DNA of 64,000 bases from an uncultured Clostridia bacterium (lineage in GTDB: Bacteria; Acidobacteriota; Aminicenantia; UBA2199). Where the stretch lies: NCBI GenBank assembly GCA_964562095.1, contig CAZLSH010000001.1, positions 3,027-67,026 on the forward strand. The letters are read 5' to 3'. Position numbers and translations under genes: made by a program. The notes under the pieces were generated by a model that did not search any database, was not told where the DNA came from, and saw only the letters and a list, made by a program, of their open reading frames with translations. Below are positions 7,496 to 16,100 of the stretch, in pieces (the stretch's first letter is position 1; every line of letters begins with the position of its first letter).

Positions 7496-9808
7496 TCAGT
7501 CTTTTTTCAGCTTCAGCTCCTCGTAGCCGACGAGCACCGACGGCGAGGACGATTTCAGCACCTGGAAGGTCACGACGCTTTCCGGGTTCCGGTTCGGGAC
7601 CGACGTCTCGAACCGGCGCGCCTCGTCCTTGCGGATATCGCGGAAAAGAAGCTGGTCGACCATGTTCTCGCCGGCATAGACCCGCAGGATAAGGTATTCG
7701 GCCTCGGCGGGATAGGTGATGCTGCCGTGGATCATCAGCTGCTCGGCGCGTGATGCCGTGAAGCCGCTGCCGATGGGAACGGGCCGGCCGTCCAGGTCGG
7801 TGATCTTCTCGACGCCGACCTTGGCGCCGGGGACAATGACCTTCATCTCCTGAATGTCGCTTTCCGCCACGGTGTTCCCGGTGCTGTCAACGGCCCGCAC
7901 CTTCCAGTAGGTCCATTGGTTGCGCAGGACCTCGCCCCAGGCCTCCTCGTCGGGCGTGTAACTGAAACGCTCGGGGCACTCACGCCATTTCACGGTTGGA
8001 TCGTTGCGCAACAGGGAAAACAGGCTGTTCGAGAAGGCGATCCGGTAATACGAGCCGCCGAGGATGCGTTCCCAGGAGAAGACCGTCTCTTCGTCCTCCT
8101 TGACGATGGCGCCGTCCTGGGGAGCGAGAACGGCGATCACGTTCTCATAGGGCAGGACGAAGTAGCGCAGGGTGGGGAAAAGGACCTGTCCGTTCTCCGG
8201 ACGGGTCAGCTGCACGGTGATGGTGTGCATGCCGGGGTCGGAAACCGGCAGCCCGGGGATTTCCGGCGTGAAGATCGTCTTCACCTGGCCCTGATAGGCC
8301 GTTTCATTGAAAAAGAAGACGGCCTGGCCGTCGACGATCCAGTAGCCGGAGACAATGCCGGTGCCGCGCATTTTCATTTTCAGCTGGGCGCGGATGGCTT
8401 TGGAATTCTTGGGCACCACCTTGTAATACTTGCCGTTGTCGAGGGTGATTTCGGCGATCTCCAGGTTCACCTGGTCGGTGATGCCCATGACCTTGACGGT
8501 CTCCGTGAATACTTTGCTGCTGGCCCCGTTTTCGTCGCGGGCGCTGATGGTATAGTTTCCCGGGAGCTTGTAGGCGTGGGTCACGGTGGCCGGCCCCGAG
8601 AAGACGGCGGGCCTGTTGGCGGCGGCGGCGGCCGGCCCGGCGGTGACGGTGCTGCCGTCGCCGAAGTCCCACAGGACCAGGGGACCGCGGAAATTGACCG
8701 CCGTGACGGTCACCAACTCGTCGATCCTGGCTTCGGCGACGGACACGGTGAGCGAGCGGTTCTCGGGGAGGATGGTGATCGGCTGGGATATCTTGGGCAG
8801 GTTTTCTTCCAGGGCGCTGATCATGAACGTACCGGGATTCTGGTAGCGGTGGGCGACCGTTGCCGCGTCATGCTGCGGCAGGGTGCCGTCGCCGAAGTTC
8901 CATTTGATGGAGCTTGAAGTGAAGCCAAGAGCATGGATCTCGACCAGCTGGTCCACCCTGGGCTGGAGCGGAGAGAATGTGATGCCGCGAACGGGTTTGC
9001 GGACATTCAGGATCAAAAGAACCGGCGGCCGGTCGGTGTCGCCGTCCCAATCGTATGCCTGGACCGTATAGCTTCCGGCAGCGGCATAGGCGTGGGTTAC
9101 GCTGGACCCCGCATGGGCCAAAGTGGTCCCATCGCCCATGACCCAGGTGATATTGGCAGGCGTATTGAAATAGGCTGCCGTAAAGGCGACGGTTTGCCCG
9201 GCATAAGGAGCTTGGGGCGATGCGCTGATGACCCGGTTGTCCGCCGCCACGACGATTTTCCGCGTTACCGGGGTGGTCGATGTGTCACCGTTCCAATCAA
9301 AGGCCCTGATGGTATATTGTCCAGGTGCGGAATAGGCGTGGCTGACGACGGTTGTTCGGTTCGCCAGCGTTGTGCCGTCGCCCATGACCCAGGTGATATT
9401 CTTGGCATTGAAGCGGACGGCGGTGAACGTGATCACCTGTCCCACGCTGGGAGCGGACGTCGATACGTTGATGCTCCGGTCCTCTAAAACGGTGATGGTC
9501 CGGTATTCGTCCGGATTGCCGCCGTTGCAATAGTTCGGATAATAGGCGCTCGAACGGTGCATGTGGACCGTGTACGTGCCCGGATTGCGATAGGAATGGT
9601 TTCGCCATGACAGATCGTCGGCGACGCCCAGCAGTGAAGTGCCGTCCCCCCAATACCAGTTGGCGCTGGAAAAATTGTTGCAATCCAGGCGGAAACCCAT
9701 GCTATCCCCCACGGTCGTGGTGCCGTCGGTCGGGTCGGTGATGATGGTCGCCAGCAGCGTCACCATCAGGCCGATCGTGATCAGGATCAGCAATAGCGTC
9801 TTTTTCAT
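7496..9808 (-). CDS. secreted multi-PKD-domain protein (about 5 tandem PKD domains plus a C-terminal ~370-aa domain of unknown function)
   Basis: Signal peptide MKKTLLLILITIGLMVTLLA. Repeated units such as GQTVAFTAAYFN..NITWVMGDGTTLA...HAY..G.YTV.A.DWDGDT are characteristic of PKD domains. Confidence 0.75.
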   Translation of the reverse strand: MKKTLLLILITIGLMVTLLATIITDPTDGTTTVGDSMGFRLDCNNFSSANWYWGDGTSLLGVADDLSWRNHSYRNPGTYTVHMHRSSAYYPNYCNGGNPDEYRTITVLEDRSINVSTSAPSVGQVITFTAVRFNAKNITWVMGDGTTLANRTTVVSHAYSAPGQYTIRAFDWNGDTSTTPVTRKIVVAADNRVISASPQAPYAGQTVAFTAAYFNTPANITWVMGDGTTLAHAGSSVTHAYAAAGSYTVQAYDWDGDTDRPPVLLILNVRKPVRGITFSPLQPRVDQLVEIHALGFTSSSIKWNFGDGTLPQHDAATVAHRYQNPGTFMISALEENLPKISQPITILPENRSLTVSVAEARIDELVTVTAVNFRGPLVLWDFGDGSTVTAGPAAAAANRPAVFSGPATVTHAYKLPGNYTISARDENGASSKVFTETVKVMGITDQVNLEIAEITLDNGKYYKVVPKNSKAIRAQLKMKMRGTGIVSGYWIVDGQAVFFFNETAYQGQVKTIFTPEIPGLPVSDPGMHTITVQLTRPENGQVLFPTLRYFVLPYENVIAVLAPQDGAIVKEDEETVFSWERILGGSYYRIAFSNSLFSLLRNDPTVKWRECPERFSYTPDEEAWGEVLRNQWTYWKVRAVDSTGNTVAESDIQEMKVIVPGAKVGVEKITDLDGRPVPIGSGFTASRAEQLMIHGSITYPAEAEYLILRVYAGENMVDQLLFRDIRKDEARRFETSVPNRNPESVVTFQVLKSSSPSVLVGYEELKLKKD
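8650..9500 (-). repeat. tandem intragenic PKD-domain-coding repeats
   Basis: Near-identical peptide repeats (ITWVMGDGTTLA, WDFGDGS, WNFGDGT) recur every ~90 aa within the CDS. Confidence 0.6.
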
Positions 9809-9817
9809 TGTGATCTC

Positions 9818-11776
9818 CTAGAAGGCGATGTCGGCCTGCAGGTGGAATATGGATGAATCGCTCTTCACGCCTCCGTACTCGGCTCCCTGGAACGCCGATT
9901 TGAGGGAGAGCGAGGGGCGGATCTTGTCCTTGAAGAGCCTGGCTGCGAAGAAGTTGAGATTGCAGCCCGCCGACCAGCTGGTGCTTTTGTTGAACGGGCT
10001 CTCGTTGTTCATGTAGGAGGAAGTGAGCGTTACGGTGAAATATTGGGGAATGAGCGTGATCTCGGAATTGAAATACAAATTGTAGATCGTCGATTTGCTG
10101 CCGTCGCTCAAGGTCTCATTTTCCTGAAAGCTGAGCGTCGGGTTCAGGGAAAGAAAATTCCCGAACCTCAGGTTCAGCCCCAGTGAGGCGTTCAGGTTGG
10201 AAGTGAAATTGACCGACTCGGTCTTGCCGACGCTGATGTTGATGCCGTTCGCTCCCGCCATGTATCCCAGGGTGGCGCTGTAATTGTAGGTGTTCATGTC
10301 CGAAGACGAGGTCTGCAGCCCGGTCGAGGAGTCATAATCCAGATTATCGCGCGATATGTCGGCGCCGATGCGGAAGTGGTTCCCGATCCCCCAGTTGATG
10401 TTGGTGCCGGCCCTTTTCTGGCGCAACGCGTCCTGGATCAGGCTGTGCATGTAGTTTTTCTTGTCGATGTAGGACACGTTCCAAAAAAATGTCTTGAAAT
10501 TCAGCCCCAGGTTGGTGCTCAGGCCTTCGCGGTCGTTCTGCAGGAACAGGTTGGCGATCGAATTGAAGCGATCACCGATCGCTTCGTAATCGGCGCCGAG
10601 GGAAAGGATGCCGTGGCTGTACTTCAATCCGGCCTTCCAAGCGGTATCGTTCTCCTTTTGCAGCAGGTCTTTTTCCATCGCTGCGCCGAAGTGGCTGGAG
10701 GAGAACTCGCCCGCCAACTGCAGGCGGTTCTCGAGCAGGTTGAGCTCTCCCCACAGGGACAGGATGTCGCCCGCGCGGAAGGGATTCTCGGGGCAATAAA
10801 TGGTTTTGCTGTCGAGATTGTCCTTGCCGCTCATGAACATGCCGCGAAGCTTTATCGTGTCCTTCAGGTTCACCCCGGCCACGGCGCCGAAAATGCCGGC
10901 CGCGGCGTCCGGGACGCCGAAACCGTCGAAGCCGGTCTTCTGCTGGGAATTGGTATAGAACGAGTGCAGGTAAAGGCTCTTGCCGACGTATTCCAGGCGC
11001 AGGCCGCGGCGGTTCAGGTACGAGGTGGTGAATTCGGTCTCGTTGACCGCGACATCGCCGGCCTCGAACTGCAGCCCGCCTTTCTTGAAACGCAGCATCA
11101 TGCTGGAGAGGTTGATCCGGTTCTCGATCGTTTCGTAGGGGTCGATATGGACGATATTGGTGTCGAAGTCCAGCTGGTAGCTGTTCTTGACGATATTCTT
11201 GTAGATCCTCAGGTTGCCGTTGGCCGTGTAATTTTGCTGGAAATAGCCGCTGTCATTGTTTTCATCCAGCTTGGTCGAGGTGGACAGCGAGGCGTTGACG
11301 TTGACGGGCGGCTCCCATTTGGGCTTGGGGGCATTGGGCGTGCTGGCGTCTTGAAAATAGATTTCCGGTGATTTTTTTTGGGTGAAGCCGGCGACCGTGT
11401 GGGTGAGCGATACGGCGGCGACTCCGTCTCCCCGCTGTTCGCTGATGAAATACTCGATGTCCCTGCCGTACAGATTCGCGGTCGGGATGCGGCAGGAGAG
11501 GGAACCGGAGGCATCCGCTTGCATTTTTCTGACCTGGTAGCCGGTCATCCCCTCGGTGCGATAATTGATGAAATAAGCGCCGCGGCGCCCCGCACGGACA
11601 AGGTCTTGGCCCGACGGCGATGCAATGCGGATGATGACCTGGTCGGCCAGGCGCTCGACGCGGGGCAATGTATTGAGCTGTTGCAGCACCTGCCCGGATA
11701 TGGACTGCACCAGCAGCAATGCGGAGGCAAAAAATGCGAGTTTATTCACCATGATGATCTCCCTTATCGCCTGCAA
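9818..11776 (-). CDS. large outer-membrane beta-barrel protein of unknown function (co-operonic with PKD protein)
   Basis: 652 aa with an N-terminal hydrophobic signal region and amphipathic beta-strand periodicity rich in Y/N/G/S. The protein ends with a terminal Phe (…LQADIAF) as is typical of OMPs. There is a 9-nt gap to the downstream PKD gene. Confidence 0.55.
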   Translation of the reverse strand: MQAIREIIMVNKLAFFASALLLVQSISGQVLQQLNTLPRVERLADQVIIRIASPSGQDLVRAGRRGAYFINYRTEGMTGYQVRKMQADASGSLSCRIPTANLYGRDIEYFISEQRGDGVAAVSLTHTVAGFTQKKSPEIYFQDASTPNAPKPKWEPPVNVNASLSTSTKLDENNDSGYFQQNYTANGNLRIYKNIVKNSYQLDFDTNIVHIDPYETIENRINLSSMMLRFKKGGLQFEAGDVAVNETEFTTSYLNRRGLRLEYVGKSLYLHSFYTNSQQKTGFDGFGVPDAAAGIFGAVAGVNLKDTIKLRGMFMSGKDNLDSKTIYCPENPFRAGDILSLWGELNLLENRLQLAGEFSSSHFGAAMEKDLLQKENDTAWKAGLKYSHGILSLGADYEAIGDRFNSIANLFLQNDREGLSTNLGLNFKTFFWNVSYIDKKNYMHSLIQDALRQKRAGTNINWGIGNHFRIGADISRDNLDYDSSTGLQTSSSDMNTYNYSATLGYMAGANGINISVGKTESVNFTSNLNASLGLNLRFGNFLSLNPTLSFQENETLSDGSKSTIYNLYFNSEITLIPQYFTVTLTSSYMNNESPFNKSTSWSAGCNLNFFAARLFKDKIRPSLSLKSAFQGAEYGGVKSDSSIFHLQADIAF

Positions 11777-11909
11777 AGTAGCATAAACTTAAATATTATT
11801 CCAACAATATATATCTCAAAAGAATTTTTTATTATAAAATACAAAAAATTCGCCAAGGATGACCGAGGATCGCGATGAACAGCACACGATTTTGCACACA
11901 GGCGCAAGA
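11777..11909. promoter_or_regulatory. AT-rich divergent promoter region between the OMP operon (-) and alr (+)
   Basis: About 75% AT over ~130 nt in a ~65% GC genome, with TATAAT/TATAAA-like hexamers on both strands. Confidence 0.3.
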
Positions 11910-13028
11910 ATGAAGACCCATATCATCATCCATGCCGGCAATCTGCTCCACAACCTGAGGCTTTTCAGCCGTCTTACCCGCTCGCCGGTCATGTTCGTTG
12001 TCAAGGCCAACGCCTATGGGCACGGGTTGCGACAGGTCGTCGAGATCGCGCGCGAATCGCCTGCCGTCGGTTATTTTGCCGTGGATTCGCTGGCGGAGGC
12101 CGTGACCGTCCGCTCGCTGCAGAAGCGCAAGCCGGTGCTGGTCCTGGGCTGGAGCGACAAAAGCGAGACGGAAGAACTGGTGGCTCGGGGATTCGAGACC
12201 GTCGTCCCGTCCGCGGAGCATCTGCGCTGGCTGCTGGCTGCCGCGGCCAAATTGAAGCGCAAGGCCCGGATCCACGTCAAGGTAGAGACCGGGACCAACC
12301 GCCTGGGGCTCGATCCCGGGAAGGCCGTCGCCCTGCTGAAAAACCTGGACAGTAGGAAAGCCGAGCTGCGCGGCGTCTATTCCCATTTCGCCAACATCGA
12401 GGACACGACCGATCCGGCTTTTGCCCGCCGGCAGCTCGAACTGTACCAAGCCGTCCTGCGCCAAGTCGGTACGGAACGCGTTTGCCGGCATTTTTCCAGT
12501 TCGGCGTCCACCTTGCTTTTTCCCGAGACCCGCTTCGACATGGCCCGGGTCGGGATCTCGGCCTACGGCTATTGGCCGTCCCGGCAGACTCATGCCCTTT
12601 TCCTGGAGAAGAACAAGGGTGCCTTCGATTTGCGCCCCGTCCTGAGCTGGCACAGCCGGGTGGCCCAGGTCAAGCAGGTCGAAAAGGGAGCGGCGATCGG
12701 CTACGGCCTGACCTACAGGACCTTCGCCAGGGCCAGGATCGTCGTGATCCCGGTCGGATACTATGACGGCTATGACCGCAAGTTGTCCAATGCCTCGCAG
12801 GTGCTGGTCAACGGCAGCAAGGCGCCTGTGCGCGGCCGTGTCTGCATGAACATGTTCATGGCCGATGTCAGCCATATTCCGGGCGTTAAAACCGGGGACC
12901 CCGTAACGCTGCTGGGAGGCAAGGGCCCGGAGCGAATCGATGCCGACATGCTGGCCGAGTGGTCCGGGACCATCCACTACGAAATATTGGCGCGCCTCAA
13001 TCCATTGATCCCCAGGATCGTCAGGTGA
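11910..13028 (+). CDS. alr: alanine racemase
   Basis: PLP-binding motif VVKANAYGHG and a C-terminal beta-domain; start taken at MKTHIIIH. Confidence 0.85.
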   Translation: MKTHIIIHAGNLLHNLRLFSRLTRSPVMFVVKANAYGHGLRQVVEIARESPAVGYFAVDSLAEAVTVRSLQKRKPVLVLGWSDKSETEELVARGFETVVPSAEHLRWLLAAAAKLKRKARIHVKVETGTNRLGLDPGKAVALLKNLDSRKAELRGVYSHFANIEDTTDPAFARRQLELYQAVLRQVGTERVCRHFSSSASTLLFPETRFDMARVGISAYGYWPSRQTHALFLEKNKGAFDLRPVLSWHSRVAQVKQVEKGAAIGYGLTYRTFARARIVVIPVGYYDGYDRKLSNASQVLVNGSKAPVRGRVCMNMFMADVSHIPGVKTGDPVTLLGGKGPERIDADMLAEWSGTIHYEILARLNPLIPRIVR

Positions 13029-13055
13029 AAAGGCGATGATCCACCCCGGCGGCAG

Positions 13056-13080
13056 GGAACTTTTCCTTGTTCCCCACGTT
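13056..13080 (+). promoter_or_regulatory. ECF-sigma-type promoter (GGAAC-N16-CGTT) upstream of the ECF sigma gene (autoregulation)
   Basis: GGAAC at 13056-13060, an exact 16-nt spacer, and CGTT at 13077-13080; this is the canonical ECF (sigE/sigW-class) promoter architecture. Confidence 0.5.
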
Positions 13081-13082
13081 TA

Positions 13083-13631
13083 TTGGTGTGTATGGAAATA
13101 AGCGATATCTTGTCGAGATGCCGGGAGAATGACCGGGAGGCGTGGAACATGCTCATTAACGCCTACTCCAAGTCGGTGTACAATATCGCCATGAATTTCT
13201 TTGGCGAAAGGGACATCGCCGCAGATGTCACCCAAGAGATTTTCATCAAGCTCTACCATAATCTGGACAAGTACAGGGAGGAGAAGAGCTTCACCTCCTG
13301 GGTTTTTGCCGTTTCAAGGAATTATTGCATTGATTACTGGCGGAAAAACAGAAAATACCTGGATAGGAGCCAGGAATTGAACGAAAACATCGGATCCGGC
13401 CAGCCTTCTCCCGAGGAAAATCTGATCCGGGAATCCGAGATCGATGTCTTGCGGAAGAGAATTTCCCTCCTGGACCCCGATCTGCGCATTATCTTGATCC
13501 TGCGCGACATCCATAACCTTTCTTATCAGGAGATTGCAGAGCGGTTTTCCATCCCGGAGGGGACCGTCAAGTCCCGGATCAACCGAGCCCGGCTGAAGCT
13601 GGCCGAAGCATACATGCGGGGGGCGTCATGA
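13083..13631 (+). CDS. RNA polymerase ECF sigma factor (sigma-70 region 2 and region 4)
   Basis: Region 2 motif (FTSWVFAVSRNYCIDYWRK) and region 4 HTH (LSYQEIAERFSIPEGTVKSRINRAR). Confidence 0.85.
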   Translation: MVCMEISDILSRCRENDREAWNMLINAYSKSVYNIAMNFFGERDIAADVTQEIFIKLYHNLDKYREEKSFTSWVFAVSRNYCIDYWRKNRKYLDRSQELNENIGSGQPSPEENLIRESEIDVLRKRISLLDPDLRIILILRDIHNLSYQEIAERFSIPEGTVKSRINRARLKLAEAYMRGAS

Positions 13632-14164
13632 CCAGGAAATGCAGGGACATGGAGCTCTGGTTCTCGGCCTACCTTGAAAATGAATTGTCCGGGCGAGATG
13701 CCGCCGAGGTCGAAAAGCACCTCGCTGACTGCCTCGTTTGCCGTGCCAAAAAGGAAAGAATGGAAGAGCTCATCTTCAGCCTCTCCGAACTCCAGGAGGA
13801 AGTGCCGTTCTTTCTCAAGAACCGCCTTTATAATATTCCGGAAATCGTTGAGAAAAAAAGCGGGGCCAAGACCATCTATTTCCCCAAGTGGCTGGCTGCG
13901 GCCGTCGGCACGGTCATTTTGTTCCTGAATTTGTTCTATTTTACGAACATTTTTCCCTCGGTCAACCGCGAGATGCATTCGTTGGTCTCCGCGGTTGAAA
14001 AGTTCGTCGTCAAAAGCGAGGGCTGGTTGGAAAAGGTCAAGGAATCAAAAGAACTGTTTTTTTTCACATTTTTCAATAAAAAATCGAGTGAATGGAAAGA
14101 ATCAGGCCATGATCGCAGCGAAATGACAGGTGAAGTTCTTGATAAAGGAGGAAAAAATGGCTAA
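13628..14164 (+). CDS. anti-sigma factor, putative zinc-finger type, single TM
   Basis: Overlaps the sigma gene stop by 4 nt. N-terminal H..C..C zinc-finger-like motif (HLADCLVC) followed by one TM segment, as in zf-HC2 anti-sigma factors. Confidence 0.6.
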   Translation: MTRKCRDMELWFSAYLENELSGRDAAEVEKHLADCLVCRAKKERMEELIFSLSELQEEVPFFLKNRLYNIPEIVEKKSGAKTIYFPKWLAAAVGTVILFLNLFYFTNIFPSVNREMHSLVSAVEKFVVKSEGWLEKVKESKELFFFTFFNKKSSEWKESGHDRSEMTGEVLDKGGKNG

Positions 14165-14642
14165 CAATCCAGCTCCAGGCAATGACATGCGCGAGAAAAA
14201 CCCGTCTTTGGCGGCATTCCTGGCGATATTTCCCGGGATGGGCGCAATATACAACGGCAATATTCTGAAAGGCATCACGTTCATGCTGATCTTCGCCGTC
14301 TTGATCGTCCTGACCAGCAACGCCGATCATGCCGATTCCGTGGTGTTCGGCTTGATGATCGCCGGGTTCTACATCTATCAGATCATCGACGGCTATAACG
14401 AGGCCTGCCAGCTGAACCAGGGCGGACGAACCGCCGAAGAGCCGGCCCGAGGCGGAGAAGACCTTTCCCTGTTCTCCGCTATCGCCGTTTTGGTCATCGG
14501 CGTGCTCTTCCAGCTGGTCAACTTCGGCCTGCTTTCCTTCCGTCAGGTCACCCGTCTCTGGCCGCTGGCCCTGATCGCCTTCGGGATCAAGATCGTGTTC
14601 AACTATTACAAACGAGAGGAAACCCATCATGGCCAACAGTAA
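14157..14642 (+). CDS. membrane protein with an N-terminal TM2-like domain and a C-terminal LiaF-TM (DUF5668)-like segment
   Basis: TM2-like motif in LAAFLAIFPGMGAIYNGNILKG; C-terminal LWPLALIAFGIKIV resembles the WPL.LI..G motif of LiaI/LiaF transmembrane regions. Confidence 0.5.
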   Translation: MANNPAPGNDMREKNPSLAAFLAIFPGMGAIYNGNILKGITFMLIFAVLIVLTSNADHADSVVFGLMIAGFYIYQIIDGYNEACQLNQGGRTAEEPARGGEDLSLFSAIAVLVIGVLFQLVNFGLLSFRQVTRLWPLALIAFGIKIVFNYYKREETHHGQQ

Positions 14643-14814
14643 AAAGGAATCGTTGTTCTGGGGACTGATCATCCTGATCCTGGGGATGCTGTTTCTGCTG
14701 AAAAATTTCGGGCTGGAGATCAATGTCTGGCACATGCTGGGAAAATATTGGCCCCTGATCCTGATCTATATCGGGCTGAAGAACATCTATCTCTACGCGA
14801 AGAAGAAGCAATGA
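14629..14814 (+). CDS. small LiaI/LiaF-TM-like membrane protein (61 aa)
   Basis: Two TM segments with YWPLILIYIGLKN; translationally coupled to both flanking genes. Confidence 0.45.
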   Translation: MANSKKESLFWGLIILILGMLFLLKNFGLEINVWHMLGKYWPLILIYIGLKNIYLYAKKKQ

Positions 14815-16064
14815 AGCGGAAAGAGATCTTCCTGGTCATCGTCCTGGTCGCATTCGGCTTGCTCTATCATGCCGTCGAAAAAGGCCGGGTGCGCTTCAGC
14901 AGGGATTTCTCGTTTTACGCCAATGACCGGCAACCGAAGGGAGACCGCTTCAGCGAATTCCCCGTCCAGGACATGCAGTTTTCGGAAGTGAGCCGAGTCC
15001 GGGTCGAGAATCCGGCCGGAGAAGTAACGATCGACAGCTCCAGCGACGGCCTGGTGCACCTGGCCGCGAAAATGCGCGTTTTCCACTCGGGCGGGAAAGA
15101 CCTGGATGCCGCCGCCAAGGACGCCGAAGTTCGGACCGACCTGAACGAAGGGACCCTGAAGGTCTCGGTTCGCGCCCCGTCTCCGTTTCCTTACCACCGG
15201 CTGCGCGTCCTGCTGCAGCTGCGGGTTCCCGCCGATATTCCTTTGTCCGTCTACAACCGGGAGGGCAACGTGACCGTCCGCGATACCGGCGGGGATTTGC
15301 GCGTCGATCAGGAGAACGGCGACCTGGTCCTGGAGAATATTCCTTCCCGTTCGCGGCTGCTGCTGAAGAACGGCAGCGCCAAGATGAGAGGCCTGCCCGA
15401 GGGGATGGAGATCCGGGCCGCCCATGCGCGGGTCGACATTGAAGACGCGGCCTCCCTGAATCTGGACGGTCGTCATGGCGAGTTCTCCGTTCGCAACCTG
15501 AGCGGAGACGCCGTCGTGGATATGGCCTATGGCAAACTGATCGTCGACGGCGCCGCCAGGCTGGAGATCACGGCGCGGCACGGCGACATCACAGCCCGGA
15601 ATATCCGCAATGGGGCGGTCGTCACCAACCAGTACGAAGCGACGCTCATGGAGGATGTGAACGGGGATATCCGTGTTTCCAGCCGCTCGGGGAGGATCGA
15701 GCTCCGCCGCGCCGCCGGCAACGTCGCGATCGAGAATTCGTATGCCGACATCGCGATCGCCGGTTTTACGGGCGCCCGCCTCGACGTGCTGCTGAAAAAC
15801 GGCAATTTGAACCTGAGCGCGGCCGCGGTGAGCGACCGGGTCAACATCAAGGCCCGGTTCGCCGAACTGGATCTGTCCTTCGCGGCTTCGAGCGATCCGA
15901 CTTTCAGCATCAATGCTTCCCACGGCCGGATCAGCGCCGCGCCGCGCCTGGGCCTGGAGATCTTCCAGGAAAAAGAGGAAACCTACGCCAACCGCGCCGG
16001 GCGGAAGCCGGAGATCCTGATCCACAACACCTACGGGAACGTGCGGGTGGACGTCGCCGAGTGA
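14811..16064 (+). CDS. DUF4097-family putative adhesin / LiaG-like cell-envelope stress protein
   Basis: N-terminal TM segment followed by a repetitive beta-helix-like pattern (GDxxV, NGxV repeated), characteristic of DUF4097. Confidence 0.65.
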   Translation: MKRKEIFLVIVLVAFGLLYHAVEKGRVRFSRDFSFYANDRQPKGDRFSEFPVQDMQFSEVSRVRVENPAGEVTIDSSSDGLVHLAAKMRVFHSGGKDLDAAAKDAEVRTDLNEGTLKVSVRAPSPFPYHRLRVLLQLRVPADIPLSVYNREGNVTVRDTGGDLRVDQENGDLVLENIPSRSRLLLKNGSAKMRGLPEGMEIRAAHARVDIEDAASLNLDGRHGEFSVRNLSGDAVVDMAYGKLIVDGAARLEITARHGDITARNIRNGAVVTNQYEATLMEDVNGDIRVSSRSGRIELRRAAGNVAIENSYADIAIAGFTGARLDVLLKNGNLNLSAAAVSDRVNIKARFAELDLSFAASSDPTFSINASHGRISAAPRLGLEIFQEKEETYANRAGRKPEILIHNTYGNVRVDVAE

Positions 16065-16100
16065 CCGTTGATTTTTTCCCGTCTTTGAGTTATTTTTATC

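Noticed and set aside
7916-8917. 333-aa plus-strand ORF inside the PKD gene
   Set aside because: Antisense to a gene with clear PKD repeats; sequence is low-complexity and G/D/A-rich.
8650-9500. Possible CRISPR array suggested by regular repeats
   Set aside because: The periodicity is ~270 nt, protein-coding and in-frame (PKD domains). There are no short 25-40-nt direct repeats with unique spacers and no cas genes.
10376-11371. 331-aa plus-strand ORF inside the OMP gene
   Set aside because: Antisense shadow ORF. The minus-strand barrel gene has a coherent signal peptide and C-terminal Phe.
11832-12977. 381-aa minus-strand ORF
   Set aside because: Antisense to alanine racemase, which has a definitive PLP motif. 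It has no signal of its own.
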